Translations under genes and position numbers: made by a program
The notes under the pieces: generated by a model
Databases searched by the model: none
Told to the model about the DNA's origin: nothing
The model's input: only the letters and a program-made list of their open reading frames with translations
Shown here: positions 61,702 through 64,000 of the stretch, piece by piece
Layout of the letters: every line of letters begins with the position of its first letter
Position numbering within the stretch: position 1 is the first letter of the stretch
Assembly (NCBI GenBank): GCA_030390025.1
Contig: CM059432.1
Coordinates: forward strand, 142,788,001 to 142,852,000
Length of the DNA stretch: 64,000 nt
Source: Squalus acanthias
Taxonomy: Eukaryota
Reading direction: 5' to 3'

Positions 61702-61975
61702 CATTTTTGACACCGAGCCACAGAAGGAGATATCAGGAGAGATGACCAAAAGCTTGGTCAGTGAGGTAGGTTTTAAGGAGCACCTTAAAAGAGGAAAGAG
61801 AGGCGGAGAGGTTTAGGGAGGGAATTCCAGAGCTTGGGGCCCAGGCAGCTGAAGACATAGCCGCCAGTGGTGGAGCATTTAAAATCGGGGGTGCTGAAAA
61901 GGCCAGAATTGGAGGAGGGCAGATATCTCGGAGAGCTGTAGGGCTGGAGGAGGCTACAGAGATAGGGAGGGGCAA
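61702..61975 (-). mobile_element. L2 3' fragment; its extreme 3' end lies at about 60960-61026
   Basis: Colinear with 45190-45470 once 61027-61701 is removed. Confidence 0.82.
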
Positions 61976-64000
61976 TTTTACAAGATCTATTTTCAACTAG
62001 GGGCTTGAGTGGAATGTTGGAGTTTGAAAGAATTCAAATTCATGGCCTGGATTTGAATCGAGGCCAGATGGGGATCCTCTGCTCCTTGATGCACCTGCCC
62101 CTTATTTGCTGTCAATGTATATTGTTTGATAGAAGTGTGCATTTGAATGAAATGTGCTGTTTCAGTCACCGGCTCTGTTTTTCCCCTGGAGCTGATTTAA
62201 GAGACGAGACGGCTCAAGTTTGTGTGAAGTAGTTCTCAATGCTTAAACTGTGTAATGATCACGTGATGTTAATAGTATTTGTTGAAGTGGGATTTGGATG
62301 TTCTCCCGCTAATATGAACTCAAAATATTTGCTTGTGATTTGGTCTTTCAAGCTAGGAATTACATGCACAGAATCTGTTGAGTAAGTACAGATTTCCTCG
62401 CTGCTGCAGTATTTTGTACCTCGTCAATGATGACCAGGATGGGCACGTGTGAGCTGATGGGGGTGTATATATCGTGGCTCAGTTTGATATAACTAAGTCT
62501 TGCAATCTGTAATACCCAAGAAAATCAATCTTGAAATCTGTTGTGACTTATGGTGATGATAAAGATCACTTGATGGGGATCGAGTGTTAAAATTGCTGGT
62601 ATGTAGGCCAGTTTAACCCAGGCATACTTCTCTCCTCCTCCCCACCATATGTGGGTTAGAAGACAGTGAAATAATTGTATTTAAACTTGGGCTGAAATCC
62701 TGAAAGGAATGGAGAGCGTCTCTCGCCTACTTGTGTCTCCTTTCATAGAAAGGATGCTGGGATGCTTGAAATCATCCTTGCTTTAAAAAAAAAAATCAAG
62801 ATATTTACTGGATGTTAACGTTTTGCAGAAATGCTCCTTAACACATCTGCCCCTTGTTTCCCGTTGATTATTTATTTGTTTGATGTGAGTGTGCATTTGA
62901 ATGAAATGTGACCGCTGTTTGAATCACCTATATGCTGTTTTTCCTTGGAGCTGTTGGAGGTGCGGCTGATTCCGTCCGACAGGCTTGTGACTTATTTGTA
63001 ATAATTGGTGTAATATAGTTGCAGTATTGGAAGCAGATTGCCTGGACTTTACAGAGCCTAGCTATGTTCTACACCACAGGATACGTGCAGTATTTGAACT
63101 TGACTTGAAGTAGCAACTGTTAAACTAATGCTTAACATGCATGTGGAGTCACTATAAATTACCGAATGAAACACAAAAAACGGAATCAGTCTCCCTTGTA
63201 ACTATCGTTCTGCGGTGGGGGGGGGAGGTGTTAGTTGAATTGTTCTAAGTGTCAGGAGCTTCAAGATATAAAAATAGGAAGCCTCAAACTCACTTATTAA
63301 AAGTATGTATGATTTGTTTGGAGCTAAGCAGGCGACGATGACTAGATAGGATACACTGATTTGCATCACTAACCACACAGTTGCGGGGGTGGGGTGGGGC
63401 GGGGCACAGGGGGCGACATTTCCTTAAAGTAATGCAGCCCGTGAAAAATGTCTCCTAAAATTGTATATTGAAGAGCCTGTTTTGTTCTGTACATAAGTCT
63501 GCAGCCTTTCAAAGCCATTAAGTGCCTAATCTGAGCAGCTGGTTCATTTTAATTTTAGGTAGGTGATCTGGGCCCAGGTGCCCGAGTTCTACTGCCCATT
63601 AGTGGTGGTCATTGACGCCTGTTCACTGATATAAAGTAGTAGGCACGAGTGAGAGCTATTTCCACAAGTCATGGCTCTTTTTAGTTGCTTAGCGTTTCTA
63701 GATTAAGGGAGCAATAAAATGGATAACATTTTTTGAAGGCAGTTCCTTTGTTCCAGGGGGATTGATTCAGGTGTTACTTTTGTTAATGGACTGGGTGAGG
63801 GGCACCTGAGCATAGAGGTGATCGGACGTTCTTGGATAGGTTTAGAATAGATCTTAAAAAAAAATCTGCGTTTTATTGAAAACCCTTTCACAACTGTGAC
63901 CAACTGCACAGTCCTTGTTGCAATAGTTTGTTTTTTCAAATAATTAGGAATGCACGAGTTCTTGGAACATTTTGTGATGGCAGATTTCCTATCACGTTGC

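Overview
This is eukaryotic DNA, very probably from a cartilaginous fish (shark or ray), judged from its HE1/V-SINE, SacSINE1/DeuSINE-like and shark-type CR1 content. The only host gene I can support is EIF3E (eIF3e/INT6) on the + strand. It shows three internal coding exons (11327-11453, 26669-26770, 60544-60653, equivalent to vertebrate exons 8-10) with canonical AG/GT sites and compatible phases. Everything else is intron. The introns are filled with CR1, L2, RTE and a second CR1-clade LINE family, tRNA-derived SINEs, Penelope-derived hairpin repeats, PIF/Harbinger, hAT and Tc1/pogo-type elements, and three minisatellites. Most long ORFs in the track are LINE fragments, antisense shadows or tandem-repeat artefacts. 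Three signals stand out. (1) A young, almost intact CR1 LINE (27311-31308) has its ORF1 split by a 5' inversion with twin-priming geometry. (2) Its ORF2 has no upstream AUG and lies in the -1 frame directly behind a U_UUA_AAC slippery heptamer, suggesting programmed -1 ribosomal frameshifting. (3) Several minimal hammerhead-ribozyme motifs sit in Penelope-derived repeats: one is intact and antisense to EIF3E, while both sense-strand copies carry a core mutation. Nested insertions with readable target-site duplications are also reported. Repeat family names are from recall and were not checked against a database. There is no prokaryotic or CRISPR system.
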